Assembly (NCBI GenBank): GCA_014729915.1
Contig: WJJD01000016.1
Location: 1 to 41,648, forward strand
DNA: 41,648 nucleotides
Reading direction: 5' to 3'
From: Candidatus Woesearchaeota archaeon
Lineage (GTDB): Archaea > Nanobdellota > Nanobdellia > Woesearchaeales > GW2011-AR15
Below the pieces are notes generated by a model. That model made no database searches. It had not been told where the DNA came from and worked only from the letters and a program-made list of their open reading frames with translations. The position numbers and the translations under genes were made by a program. Below are positions 9,321 through 18,909 of the stretch, one piece after another (the first letter of the stretch is position 1; the number at the start of each line of letters is the position of its first letter).

Positions 9321-9905
9321 TTGTCGATGAAAAAAATTAAAAATATTTTTTCAAAATATATCTTTAAAAAAGATAGGATAAACTTTTTCCTGTTGATAAA
9401 CATAACACTAGTTCTTTTACTTACATTATTTGTATTCTTTAAATTCAGAAAGATTTGGCTCATAATAATCTTTTCAGCAATAATTTTTCTGATTCGATTG
9501 AGAAGAAAGATGTTTGGTATTCATCTCACACTTGAACCGGTTATTCTTTTCTCTGTTTTAATCCTGAAAACATATGGTTTAAGATACGCTGTAATTGTTG
9601 CGGTTTTTCCCTTGTTTTTATCAGATATAGCAAGCGGAAGGTTTGCAATGGATTCTATAATAAGCCTCCTTACAAAAATTATAGTCCTTTATGCAATAAT
9701 GTTTTTTCCGAGTTATAATCTTGTAATTGTCACAATGATCTCATACATATTATTTAATGAAGGAATAGGAACACTCCTGGCATTATATTCATCTGTCCCT
9801 ATGGATCAGGTCCTAACACAGGTAATGACTTCAACTGTAATCAGGTTAGTGTATTTAAACATATTTCTCTATCCATTATGCGGACTTCTCGGAAGCATCT
9901 GTTGA
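9321..9905 (+). CDS. polytopic membrane protein, unknown function
   Basis: It has 5-6 hydrophobic helices. The likely real start is the ATG at 9327 (MKKIKN). It is a distant look-alike of ORF 14889..15452. Confidence 0.55.
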   Translation: MSMKKIKNIFSKYIFKKDRINFFLLINITLVLLLTLFVFFKFRKIWLIIIFSAIIFLIRLRRKMFGIHLTLEPVILFSVLILKTYGLRYAVIVAVFPLFLSDIASGRFAMDSIISLLTKIIVLYAIMFFPSYNLVIVTMISYILFNEGIGTLLALYSSVPMDQVLTQVMTSTVIRLVYLNIFLYPLCGLLGSIC

Positions 9906-9947
9906 TTTTCAAAAAACTTTTAATTTAAACATAACTTCTTTTTTATT

Positions 9948-10838
9948 ATGCAAATAATAAAACACAATGAATTAATACCTGAAAAAAAATGGATACAGGA
10001 AATTAGTTACCTGAAAACCAAGAAAATCCTTTCAGACAAGAATGAAATTCTTAAAAAATTAAAAAAAATATTGATAGAATCTGTAAAAAAAAGAATTCCT
10101 GAAAAAAAATTCGGGATACTGTTTTCCGGAGGAATTGATTCAACATTAATAGCATATATCTGTAAAAAACTAAATAAAGATTTTACTTGTTATTCAGTGG
10201 GGCTTTCAAATTCAAAAGATGTCATAAGTGCAGAAAAAACAGCAAAAAAACTAGATTTTGACCTTAAGATAAAAAAATACACAATCAGTGAAGTTGAGCC
10301 TCTCTTAAAAAAAACAATAAACGTTCTTGGTAAAAATTATGCAAATGTTGTCAATGTAGGTGTAGGTTCAGTAATCCTTGCAACAATTAAGTTAGGAAAT
10401 AAAGACAATATAGATTATTTTTTTTCGGGCCTGGGGTCAGAAGAGATCTTTGCAGGATACCAGAGGCATGAAGATGCAAAAAATATAACTAATGAATGCT
10501 GGAACGGCCTAAAAAACATGTGGAAAAGGGATTTTTTAAGGGATTACAGGATAGCAAAATACAGTAAGGTGCAGGTTGCATTTCCATTTCTGGATAAAAA
10601 ATTAATCAAATACTCTATGCAGATTCCCGAAAAATACAAGATTACTGATAACATAAAAAAATATATCTTAAGAAGAGCAGCTGTAAATATGCAAATTCCA
10701 GAAGAATTTGCATTAAGGAGAAAAAAAGCAGCACAATACGGAAGCGGGTTTGATAAAGCAATGCATAAGCTTGCAAGAAAAAACAACTTTAAATATAAAA
10801 GCAGCTATCTAAAACATCTAAAAAAATCAATTGAGTAG
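9948..10838 (+). CDS. asparagine-synthase-like PP-loop ATP pyrophosphatase (synthetase domain only)
   Basis: PP-loop motif GILFSGGIDSTLIA. It shows AsnB C-terminal-domain-like features and has no glutaminase domain. Confidence 0.7.
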   Translation: MQIIKHNELIPEKKWIQEISYLKTKKILSDKNEILKKLKKILIESVKKRIPEKKFGILFSGGIDSTLIAYICKKLNKDFTCYSVGLSNSKDVISAEKTAKKLDFDLKIKKYTISEVEPLLKKTINVLGKNYANVVNVGVGSVILATIKLGNKDNIDYFFSGLGSEEIFAGYQRHEDAKNITNECWNGLKNMWKRDFLRDYRIAKYSKVQVAFPFLDKKLIKYSMQIPEKYKITDNIKKYILRRAAVNMQIPEEFALRRKKAAQYGSGFDKAMHKLARKNNFKYKSSYLKHLKKSIE

Positions 10839-11096
10839 ATTCTCTTGATAGACACAGTAGTAGAATATATACTTGCATGTAAAGGATATCAAATACTTCT
10901 GCATTCTATTTAAGACATTATCAATTAAGCGCACTTGGTAACTTTTCTTTTCAAAATTTATTGGAATTTTCTTAGAAGAATCAAAAGATCACATCTTAAA
11001 TATCTATCGGGAAAATTTCAGGAAAAAAGCTTATGTGAGATGTAGTCTCCTATTTAGAAAAGTTTATAAAACTTTTTGATATAATAAAATTCAGAA

Positions 11097-11561
11097 ATGA
11101 AAATATTAGTCGTCTATTATTCAAGAACCGGAAAAACTGAGGAGGTTGCTAAAAAAATTTCAAAGAGGTTAAAAGCAGATATAGAAAAGATTATTGATAA
11201 AAAATCCAGGAAAGGAATTCTTGGGTATATTTCCGGTGGGAAAGATGCTGCAACCAGAAAATTGACAAAGATTGGAAAAATAAAGAATGATCCTGAAAAA
11301 TATGATCTGGTCATTATCGGAACACCTGTGTGGGCAAGAACAATGGCTCCTGCAATAAGAACATACCTGACTAAAAACAAACTAAAAAAAAAAGTAGCAT
11401 TTTTTTGCACCTGCGGAAGCTATGGTATTGAAAAGACCTTCCGCCACATGAGAGAACTTACAAATCATGCAGAATATGTTGCAGGGATAGGACTTACTTC
11501 AAAAGATCTGAACTATGATTATTCAGACAAGATTGAAATGTTTACAGAAAGCCTAACATGA
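11097..11561 (+). CDS. flavodoxin-like protein
   Basis: MKILVVYYSRTGKTEEVAKKI is an FMN phosphate-binding loop. Size is 154 aa. Confidence 0.75.
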   Translation: MKILVVYYSRTGKTEEVAKKISKRLKADIEKIIDKKSRKGILGYISGGKDAATRKLTKIGKIKNDPEKYDLVIIGTPVWARTMAPAIRTYLTKNKLKKKVAFFCTCGSYGIEKTFRHMRELTNHAEYVAGIGLTSKDLNYDYSDKIEMFTESLT

Positions 11562-12010
11562 GATTTGAAAGATTCTCGATATTTGGATTTTTGATACCGA
11601 TTCTTAGCAGTCTGATAGGACTAGTTGGAGCAGTTCTTATAATTCTTATTCTTAAGCTTATAAATATATTTATAGAAAGTGCAATAATTGCTGATATTTC
11701 CGGTCTGATTTATAGCAACCTATTACTTTTGTTCTTTATCTCTTTACTTACATCCTATGCAAATTACTTTTTAAAATTCAGATTCACTTTGGGAGTCATC
11801 TCTCCATTGATAAGCTCAGCTGCCGGAGTTCTTATAATCTATTTTATTCTTAAGATATTTACTGTAATAAATAAACATATCAATCTTGAAATCATTACTG
11901 TTATCAGCAGTTTTTTTAGTGAAAATATACTGACAATACTTGTATTACTTCTTATTCTGAGTTATCTGGGATTTGTCATAGAAACAGCCAAAGAACTCAA
12001 AGCAAAATGA
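11558..12010 (+). CDS. small membrane protein, unknown function
   Basis: ATGA overlap with the flavodoxin gene. It has four hydrophobic helices. Confidence 0.5.
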   Translation: MRFERFSIFGFLIPILSSLIGLVGAVLIILILKLINIFIESAIIADISGLIYSNLLLLFFISLLTSYANYFLKFRFTLGVISPLISSAAGVLIIYFILKIFTVINKHINLEIITVISSFFSENILTILVLLLILSYLGFVIETAKELKAK

Positions 12011-12074
12011 GCCTGGGATAAAAAAAATTCTAAAAAACAAATTTTTGAACCTCCAGTTCATTTTTTGACAAAAA

Positions 12075-12165
12075 TGAGCCTGGAGGGATTTGAACCCCCG
12101 CCAGCCGGTCCGAAGCCGACCGCCCTTTCTGGTATGCAAATATATCCAGACTAGGCTACAGGCCC
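12075..12165 (-). tRNA. tRNA-Arg (anticodon TCG) with a ~16-nt insertion in the D-loop
   Basis: Hand-folded from the reverse complement. The acceptor GGGCCTG/CAGGCTC has discriminator A; the anticodon arm is GTCGG-CTTCGGA-CCGGC; the T arm is GGGGG-TTCAAAT-CCCTC. The D stem GCCT/GGGC encloses 27 nt instead of about 10. An oligo-T follows the 3' end and CCA is not encoded. Confidence 0.8.
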
Positions 12166-12187
12166 ATAAGTAGGAAAAAACTTGTTG

Positions 12188-12200
12188 AAATATATAAAAT
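12188..12200 (-). promoter_or_regulatory. TATA-box-like element for tRNA-Arg
   Basis: ATTTTATATATTT on the minus strand lies 23-35 nt upstream of the tRNA 5' end. Confidence 0.45.
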
Positions 12201-12433
12201 TATGTCAAAAGAAGGCTTTGTAGAAATGCTGTCAAAATGAAATTTCTTTGAAAAAATTGAAATTCCTTTTTTCACATCATTGATTTTCAAAACCAGTAAT
12301 TTTTTCAAAAAAACCTAAGGATTTCTACAGAGCCTCAAAAGAAAAATTATTATCAAATATAATTCTTAAAAAAAAAACAAATATTAGTAATGATTGTAAC
12401 AATAATGGATTTTTTTCTAAAAAATCCATAAAT

Positions 12434-12715
12434 TTACTTTTTCTTAAGCAATAGCTCGATTGTTGATACTCTGATCTGTTTTCCTTCCTTATTCTCAAAC
12501 TCTTCAGAATCAACTTTTACGTCATCAATCTCTACTTGTCCCTTAAGAAACCTTTTAGATGCAACCTCAGCAACATCAACAGCTCTGCTGATGAACTTTC
12601 CCCTTGCCTTTACTAAAACTTCTTGTTCATTCTTTGTTGTAAACTGCATCACAACGCCAGTCACATAATTCATAAAGGGCTTATTTCCAATAAAAATAGT
12701 GTTGTCATCTGACAT
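12434..12715 (-). CDS. albA: DNA/RNA-binding protein Alba
   Basis: The 93-aa protein (IFIGNKPFMNYVTGVV...VLVKARGKFISRAVDVAEV) is an Alba/Sso10b family signature. Confidence 0.9.
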   Translation of the reverse strand: MSDDNTIFIGNKPFMNYVTGVVMQFTTKNEQEVLVKARGKFISRAVDVAEVASKRFLKGQVEIDDVKVDSEEFENKEGKQIRVSTIELLLKKK

Positions 12716-12739
12716 TCGTACTCTACCTCCTTACATTCA

Positions 12740-12934
12740 TTAAATTTCTTTTCTTGTCTTTACTATTCTTGTAATGTAGCCTGCAAGAATATTTCTCATC
12801 TTTTTAGAAGGCACATCAACAAGTTCATTCAAAATCTCTTTATTCTCCTTGAAATTCTTCTTGAATTTATCTCCATGTTTCTCTATTAATTCTTCTGTCG
12901 CTCTCTTGATTTTCTGTGTTTTTATTCTGCCCAT
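12740..12934 (-). CDS. rps17e: 30S ribosomal protein S17e
   Basis: MGRIKTQKIKRATEELIEKHGDKF...SKKMRNILAGYITR matches archaeal S17e. Confidence 0.9.
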   Translation of the reverse strand: MGRIKTQKIKRATEELIEKHGDKFKKNFKENKEILNELVDVPSKKMRNILAGYITRIVKTRKEI

Positions 12935-13151
12935 AATCTTAAACAGGAAAATATACGCAATTTATAAATATTGTGGAATGAGTTCTCCAACTACCAGAAG
13001 GAAAATTTGAACTTTCCAAAAAAACATATTTTTCCTTGTTTAAATTCATTTTCTGAACAAATGATTTTTTAATGAAGTCATATGGAAGTTCATCACAGAA
13101 AAAATTACTTTATCAAAAATTATTAAAAAACAAAATAATTTTAGTAAATTA

Positions 13152-13565
13152 ATGGAAACAATAACAATTCTGACCTTATGCCTGGTCTTTATAATAATCC
13201 TTTATATCGGATACAGGCTGGGGTTAAAAAAAGCAAAGATTGAAGTCCATAAGAAATGGGAAAAAATAGTCCCGGACATAAGAAAAGATGCTGTAAAAAA
13301 ATCAAGAGAAGTTCTTACAGGAAAATTCTCTGAGCAATTGGCTCCATATCTTCCTCATTTTCCATATTCTCCGACAGAAGCAAGGTTCATCGGAAACCCT
13401 ATTGATTTTATAGTCTTTAAAGGGATAGACAATAAGGAGCCTGAAGAAGTCATATTTATTGAGGTAAAATCACAAAAATCAAAACTATCGACAAAAGAAA
13501 GAAAACTTAGGGACATAATAAAAAAAAAGAAAGTATCCTGGGAGGAATACAGGATAAGTCTATGA
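13152..13565 (+). CDS. membrane-anchored Holliday-junction-resolvase-like endonuclease (COG4741 type)
   Basis: An N-terminal TM helix is followed by ARFIGNPIDFIVFKG...VIFIEVKSQKSKLSTKERKLRDII, which is typical of this family. Confidence 0.65.
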   Translation: METITILTLCLVFIIILYIGYRLGLKKAKIEVHKKWEKIVPDIRKDAVKKSREVLTGKFSEQLAPYLPHFPYSPTEARFIGNPIDFIVFKGIDNKEPEEVIFIEVKSQKSKLSTKERKLRDIIKKKKVSWEEYRISL

Positions 13566-13589
13566 ACTCAACTTATATTTCAATACAAA

Positions 13590-14372
13590 TCAGCACAACT
13601 CAACCGCAATCTTAGCTGCAAGCTTAACAGTTATATTATTTACATCCTTTTTCGGGTTGACTTCAACAATATCTGCCATTTTAAGATTTTTTAACATTCT
13701 TATCCTCTGTATGAAAAAAAGTAATTCTCTTGATGTAAATCCTCCCGGCTCAATATAACCTGTGCCCGGAGCAAAAGCAGGATCAACAACATCAATGTCA
13801 ATTGAAAGATACAAAGCATCAAATCTTCTTGATACATTCATGAAAGCATCTGAAACTTCCATACAGCCGTCACAGGAAAATTCTTTCATTGCAAAATATT
13901 TTATCTTATTCTTTTTTAGAAATTCAAGCTCTTTTGAATGCATGTTCCTTAAGCCTACAAGAACAACATTTTCTGCCTTAACATGATTCTTAATAATTAA
14001 AACTTTTAAGAAATCTTCGTGGGTGGGAGGAGAAAAATTATTCTCACAATCCGGGTGAGCATCAAAAATAATAAGACCGGGATTATCAAATTTTTTAGAA
14101 AACGCCTTAAAACAAGGATAGGTAATAGAATGATCTCCTCCGAGAATAACTGCAGGACAGTCAGTCTGAGCAATATATTCAAAAATCTTTTTATTATTAT
14201 TTTGCATATTAAGACCATCCACATCAATTTCTGAGACATCAAATATAGGAAGAAGATCATTTTCTTTTAGAAAAAAATCTTTCATATGTTTTACAATCAG
14301 GCCAGGAGCAAGTTCTATTCCTTTTTTTTTATCCATCGCTCCAATATTTGATGAGATTTTTATAAATTTCAT
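13590..14372 (-). CDS. arginase-family ureohydrolase (agmatinase-like)
   Basis: Mn-binding motifs GGDHSITYP, IFDAHPD and LSIDIDVVDPAFAPGTG. Confidence 0.8.
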   Translation of the reverse strand: MKFIKISSNIGAMDKKKGIELAPGLIVKHMKDFFLKENDLLPIFDVSEIDVDGLNMQNNNKKIFEYIAQTDCPAVILGGDHSITYPCFKAFSKKFDNPGLIIFDAHPDCENNFSPPTHEDFLKVLIIKNHVKAENVVLVGLRNMHSKELEFLKKNKIKYFAMKEFSCDGCMEVSDAFMNVSRRFDALYLSIDIDVVDPAFAPGTGYIEPGGFTSRELLFFIQRIRMLKNLKMADIVEVNPKKDVNNITVKLAAKIAVELC

Positions 14373-14878
14373 TTTCCAATCAGTTGTATCAGAAGAATAG
14401 CAATAAAAATTACAAGTATTACATTAATTAAAATTACAACCATCATTCTTCTGTTCTGGACATACATCCTGTTTGTTGTCAATAAAATATCGGTTTTAGT
14501 GATGTATCCAATTATTTTTTTGTTTTTTAAGACCGGAAGCTTGCTTATATTATTTTTTTTCATAATATTGCTTGCTTTACCAATAGAGGTGCCGGGTGAA
14601 ATGCTTTTGAGATTCTTGCTCATTATTTTTTTTATCATTATTTTTTTAGGATCCTTATTTTCAACAATTATCTTTTTAATGATATCTCCTTCACTGAAAA
14701 TACCAATAGGTTTTTGATTGTTATCTACAACAATAAGACCACTTATACCCTTATTTGCCATAATGTTAACTGCTTTAAAAACAGTATCATCCTGATTAAT
14801 TGTTCTTACTCGGGTTATCATAATTTCTGATACAGGGATATCAGTAACAAATTTCCAGAAACTCTTGTTTTTTTTCAT
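14369..14878 (-). CDS. CBS-domain pair protein with C-terminal TM helix
   Basis: Two CBS repeats (GISGLIVVD..., ISKLPVLKN...) and a hydrophobic C-terminus. It overlaps the downstream gene by 4 nt. Confidence 0.7.
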   Translation of the reverse strand: MKKNKSFWKFVTDIPVSEIMITRVRTINQDDTVFKAVNIMANKGISGLIVVDNNQKPIGIFSEGDIIKKIIVENKDPKKIMIKKIMSKNLKSISPGTSIGKASNIMKKNNISKLPVLKNKKIIGYITKTDILLTTNRMYVQNRRMMVVILINVILVIFIAILLIQLIGK

Positions 14879-14888
14879 TTTTTCACCT

Positions 14889-15452
14889 TTAATATAGATT
14901 TAATGCACTTAAGACTTGATATATCAATCTAATGAAATGAATTGTTACAAAAACATTAAACATCCAATCTCCTACTGCGTGAGTAAAATTTTTTACCATG
15001 TTTGGATTAACTACCTGCATAACAGGGAAACTTAAAAGGGATCTTATAGTAAAACTGATAACAAACGCAATCCAGAAAGTATCATAACCAAGTGATGCAA
15101 ACAGGTTACCAAGAACTCCTGAAAGACACATAAAAAGTATCATAGTTATAGAGATAAGATTTAATCTGGAAATTTTAATAAAACCATAAGCTCCAAAAAT
15201 TAATGCAAAAAGAACAGCAATCTGCCAGTTATAGATATATCCAAGAAGAATAGCCGAAGCACTAATGGATTCAATGGAAATGTGGGGAACCATTCTTGTT
15301 GCAAGAAGAGAGTATACACCTGCAAAACCTAAAAGAATGAACAGGGTTATTAACACAATAAAATCATTTAATAATATAAGAGCTATTATTCCGGCAAGTA
15401 GCAATCTTATATTTTCTTTAACAAAATTAATTGTTTTAATTTTTGTATTCAT
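14889..15452 (-). CDS. polytopic membrane protein, unknown function
   Basis: 187 aa with 5-6 helices. It resembles ORF 9321..9905 in length and in a segment (VPHISIESISASAILL versus FGIHLTLEPVILFSVLI). Confidence 0.55.
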   Translation of the reverse strand: MNTKIKTINFVKENIRLLLAGIIALILLNDFIVLITLFILLGFAGVYSLLATRMVPHISIESISASAILLGYIYNWQIAVLFALIFGAYGFIKISRLNLISITMILFMCLSGVLGNLFASLGYDTFWIAFVISFTIRSLLSFPVMQVVNPNMVKNFTHAVGDWMFNVFVTIHFIRLIYQVLSALNLY

Positions 15453-15487
15453 TGTCTGAAATCAGAGATTCCTGAAAAAATAAGATC

Positions 15488-17185
15488 CTACATCTCATTT
15501 AAGGCTTCTATTCCAAGAATATTCAGTCCCTGTTTTATAACTATACTCACTGCATAAATCAGTATTATTCTGGATTTAGTCAGCTCTTTTTTTTCTGACA
15601 GTATCCTGTGTATATGATAATAATTATTAAACGACTGGCATAAATCAAGTAGATATCTTGAGATAATGCTTGGTTTATATTCTTTTGTACTTTTTTTTAC
15701 AGTTTCAGGAAAATTCGAAAGATATTTGATTAACTCTTTTTCTTGTTTTTTTATAAGAAGTTTAGGATTAAATTCCTTGCTTAGATTCTTTTTATACTTT
15801 TTTAAGATACTTTTAATTCTTGCATAAGTATATTGTATATATGGACCTGTTTCTCCTTCAAAAGATATAGATTCCTTTTGGTTGTAAGTAAAATCTTTCA
15901 TCGGATCATATTTTAAAATATAAAATTTGATTGCAGACATTCCTATCTGTTCAGCTCTTTTTTCAATTTCTTTTTCTGAAAGATTTTTATTTCTTTTTTT
16001 TACTTCTATTTTTGCAAGTTTGTGCATCTCATCAGCAAGATTGTCAGCATCAACAACTTTTCCCTGTCTTGATTTCATTTTTCCTTCGGGAAGATATATC
16101 ATGCCGTAAGCTAAATGATAACAGTCATCTGCAAAAGGATATTTTAGTTTTTTAAATATTTCAAAAAGCACCTTGAAATGATAGATCTGCTCATTTCCGA
16201 CAATATATATCATTTTATCCATCTTATAATCTTTATAGCGAAGATCTGCAAGGACAAGATCCTGGGTGATATATATTGATGTGCCGTCTGCCCTTAATAC
16301 TACCTTTTTACCTAGATTCTTTTCTTCAAGATCAATTATGATATTTCCTTCTTCATCCTTTTCAAAAAGCCCATTTTTCAGGCCATCAAGAACCAATTTT
16401 TTTCCTTTTTCATAATGTTTTGATTCCGGATATGCCTTATCCATCTCAACACCGAACCTCTCATAAGTTTCTTTAAACCCTTCTATTGCCCATGAATTCA
16501 TCTTTTTCCATAATTCCCTTGTTTTTTTATCATTATTTTCCCATTTTACAAGCATATCTCTTATCTCTTGTTCAAGTTCAGGGTTTTGTTTTACTCTTTT
16601 TGAAAACAGCACATAAAAATCTCCGACAAAATGATCAGGTTTTTTATCAGGTTCTTTATTATCTGCGTATTTTTTATAGGCAAGCATTGATTTGCAGATA
16701 TGAACACCACGATCATTGATAATATCAACCCTTACAGTATCATAACCAGAAAACTCATATAGGTTCACAAGAGCATTTCCAAGAACCATGTTTCTTACAT
16801 GGCCAAGGTGAAGCGGCTTGTTTGTGTTTGGACCGGGTGATTCTATCATCACAGTTGTATCTTTTTCTTGTCCTCTTCCGTAGTTTTCTTTTTTTTTAAG
16901 CACATCTTTGAGTATATTTTCAGCAAGTTTTACCGAAGAAACAAAGAAATTCAGATATGGTCCTATTATTTTGATCTCAGAAAAATAATCTCCTACTTGT
17001 ATGTTATCCATAAGTACCTTTGCAGTCTCATTGGGTGATTTTTTACACTCTTTGGCAAGCTTAAAGCAGGGAAGGGCGTAGTCTCCTAAATTTGGATCGG
17101 GTGGGATTTCGATATCATCTGCAGATATATTATTATTAATATGCTTATTTACAGAAGAAACAATCATTTCTTTTAGGTCAATCAT
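15488..17185 (-). CDS. argS: arginine--tRNA ligase
   Basis: 565 aa. It has a class I HIGH-type motif (PNTNKPLHLGHVRN) and an ArgRS anticodon-binding C-terminus ending LNEM. Confidence 0.92.
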   Translation of the reverse strand: MIDLKEMIVSSVNKHINNNISADDIEIPPDPNLGDYALPCFKLAKECKKSPNETAKVLMDNIQVGDYFSEIKIIGPYLNFFVSSVKLAENILKDVLKKKENYGRGQEKDTTVMIESPGPNTNKPLHLGHVRNMVLGNALVNLYEFSGYDTVRVDIINDRGVHICKSMLAYKKYADNKEPDKKPDHFVGDFYVLFSKRVKQNPELEQEIRDMLVKWENNDKKTRELWKKMNSWAIEGFKETYERFGVEMDKAYPESKHYEKGKKLVLDGLKNGLFEKDEEGNIIIDLEEKNLGKKVVLRADGTSIYITQDLVLADLRYKDYKMDKMIYIVGNEQIYHFKVLFEIFKKLKYPFADDCYHLAYGMIYLPEGKMKSRQGKVVDADNLADEMHKLAKIEVKKRNKNLSEKEIEKRAEQIGMSAIKFYILKYDPMKDFTYNQKESISFEGETGPYIQYTYARIKSILKKYKKNLSKEFNPKLLIKKQEKELIKYLSNFPETVKKSTKEYKPSIISRYLLDLCQSFNNYYHIHRILSEKKELTKSRIILIYAVSIVIKQGLNILGIEALNEM

Positions 17186-17936
17186 ATAGTGTTAAAATTA
17201 GATATATTTTAAAAAATTAATTGAAAAAGACGAGTATTTAGTCTGGGAAAAACATAAATAAGGAAATTTTTTTGTTACTATTCACTGTTCAAGTAACTCC
17301 TCTATAAGTTATTTGCGTTTATAATAAAATTATTGAATAATCAAAAAGCTTGCTTTTTGTGTACTTCAAATTCTTTTTAGAATTTGTAGACCTAAAAATT
17401 TGTTTACAAATTTTAAGTACCAAAAATCCTTTTCTGATTTTTCAGTACCCATTACACGGAATGGGTTGTTGTACCCAAAGTCAATTCCCATTGATTAATA
17501 CCTCCATTGTTTTATGCATTTGTTCTTATAGAAAATTTTCAAATTATCCTTTTTTTTTGGATAATTTTAAATTTGCTTACGTAAAAAACTCTACTGCATT
17601 TTTTTGTACAAGAAAATACAAAGTATTGTCAAAGCTCATACCCTCCCACCAGTGAATCGCTTCACTCAACACTGGTGGAAAGCTTAAATTCTAGCTCATT
17701 CTTCATTTTTTTAATTTAAAAACTTGATTCTTAAGAAAAATCTTCTTGATGCTTCTACTTGCTCATCATTGTCAAATCCTAAAACTTCGCAGGCATATTG
17801 CCTCATTCGATCTTGAATTAAATCTTTAAGTCTAACTAAACAAGTTCTTGGGTGGGATTTCACAATCTATTTACTTCTTGTATTATGACAAATTAATTTA
17901 GTTACATTTATATATAAGTTCATCTTTAAATAAAGT

Positions 17937-18368
17937 ATGAAAAAAATCAAACTAAAAAAAAAAGAAAAAAAATTTCTAAAAGAATATATTAGTAAAGGAA
18001 AAAAGAAAGCAAGATCAATTGCAAGAGCAAATGTACTGCTCTTACTTGATCAAAGATGGGACAACAAAAGTATTACTGCAAGTACAGGACTACATAGGCA
18101 AAGCATATGGAGAATTAAAAAAAGATATCTTAAAGAAGGAATAAAATCAGCAATAACTGAGAAACCAAGACCTGGTCAACCAAAGAAATATTCAAAAAAA
18201 GATAAAGCCACACTAATAGCAACAGCATGCAGTGATCCTCCCAAAGGTAGAAAAAGATGGACAGTTAGGTTGTTAGCAAAGGAAATGCGAGAAAAAGAAG
18301 GGATGAAAACTATGAATCGTGAAACAGTACGTTTAATTCTAAAAAAAACAAAACAAAACCTTGGTTGA
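17937..18368 (+). CDS. IS630-family transposase, N-terminal HTH part
   Basis: The HTH/winged-helix region ends in an A-rich slippery run (AAAAAAAACAAAACAAAACC). Confidence 0.7.
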   Translation: MKKIKLKKKEKKFLKEYISKGKKKARSIARANVLLLLDQRWDNKSITASTGLHRQSIWRIKKRYLKEGIKSAITEKPRPGQPKKYSKKDKATLIATACSDPPKGRKRWTVRLLAKEMREKEGMKTMNRETVRLILKKTKQNLG

Positions 18369-18862
18369 AAAAAAGATGGTGTATACCAAAATTAACACCC
18401 GAATTTAAGAGAAGAATGTATGATATTCTCGATCTTTATGAAACACCATACGATCCAAAAAACCCCGTAATTGTAATTGATGAAAAACCTATTCAATTAA
18501 TAGATCATATAAGAAAACCAATTCCTACAAAACAGGGAAAGATTGCTAAACAAGATTATGAATATAAAAGAAATGGTACAGCAAATATTTTTATTGGTGT
18601 TGAATTCAAAGCAGGAAAAAGAATTACAAAAGATACAAAGATAAGAACAAAAAAACATTATGCGCGATTTGCCAAAAGAGATTACACCTTAGAAGTGCAT
18701 GTTGACCACTTAATGCAAATTACTAGTGGAAGTATAGTATTTTATGATCCTGAAACACAACACAAGAGAGGAAGAAGAGATAAAATGAACAGAAGTGAGT
18801 TAATAGATCAGGCAGGGAAACTTGGGATGGATGAACACAACTTATTACCTTTCAAAGAATGA
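18365..18862 (+). pseudogene. IS630-family transposase, DDE part, truncated
   Basis: The (L)KKRWCIP...VIVIDEKP...YEYKRNGTANIF core is present. The C-terminal third of the catalytic domain is replaced by unrelated sequence. Confidence 0.65.
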
Positions 18863-18909
18863 AAACCTCCTGCAGCTCTTGAAGGTGAGCATTTTTTTAA
18901 ATGAACTAC

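Larger units (their letters stand above)
17937..18862 (+). mobile_element. IS630/Tc1-mariner-family insertion sequence remnant (frameshifted, 3'-truncated transposase)
   Basis: The HTH ORF and the DDE ORF join in the -1 frame as ...KTKPWLKKRWCIPK, the IS630 hallmark. The DEKP and YEYKRNGTANIF motifs are present. Similarity is lost after about residue 105 of ORF2, and the final catalytic D/E region is absent. I found no clear terminal inverted repeats. Confidence 0.75.

Noticed and set aside
11945-12139. 64-aa ORF on the minus strand.
   Set aside because: It overlaps the tRNA-Arg gene and the 3' end of gene 11558..12010. It is an artefact of the GC-rich tRNA sequence.
17350-17655. 101-aa ORF in the large gap upstream of the IS630 remnant.
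   Set aside because: It is Phe/Leu/Cys-rich with no start context or family resemblance. The region reads better as non-coding or decayed DNA.
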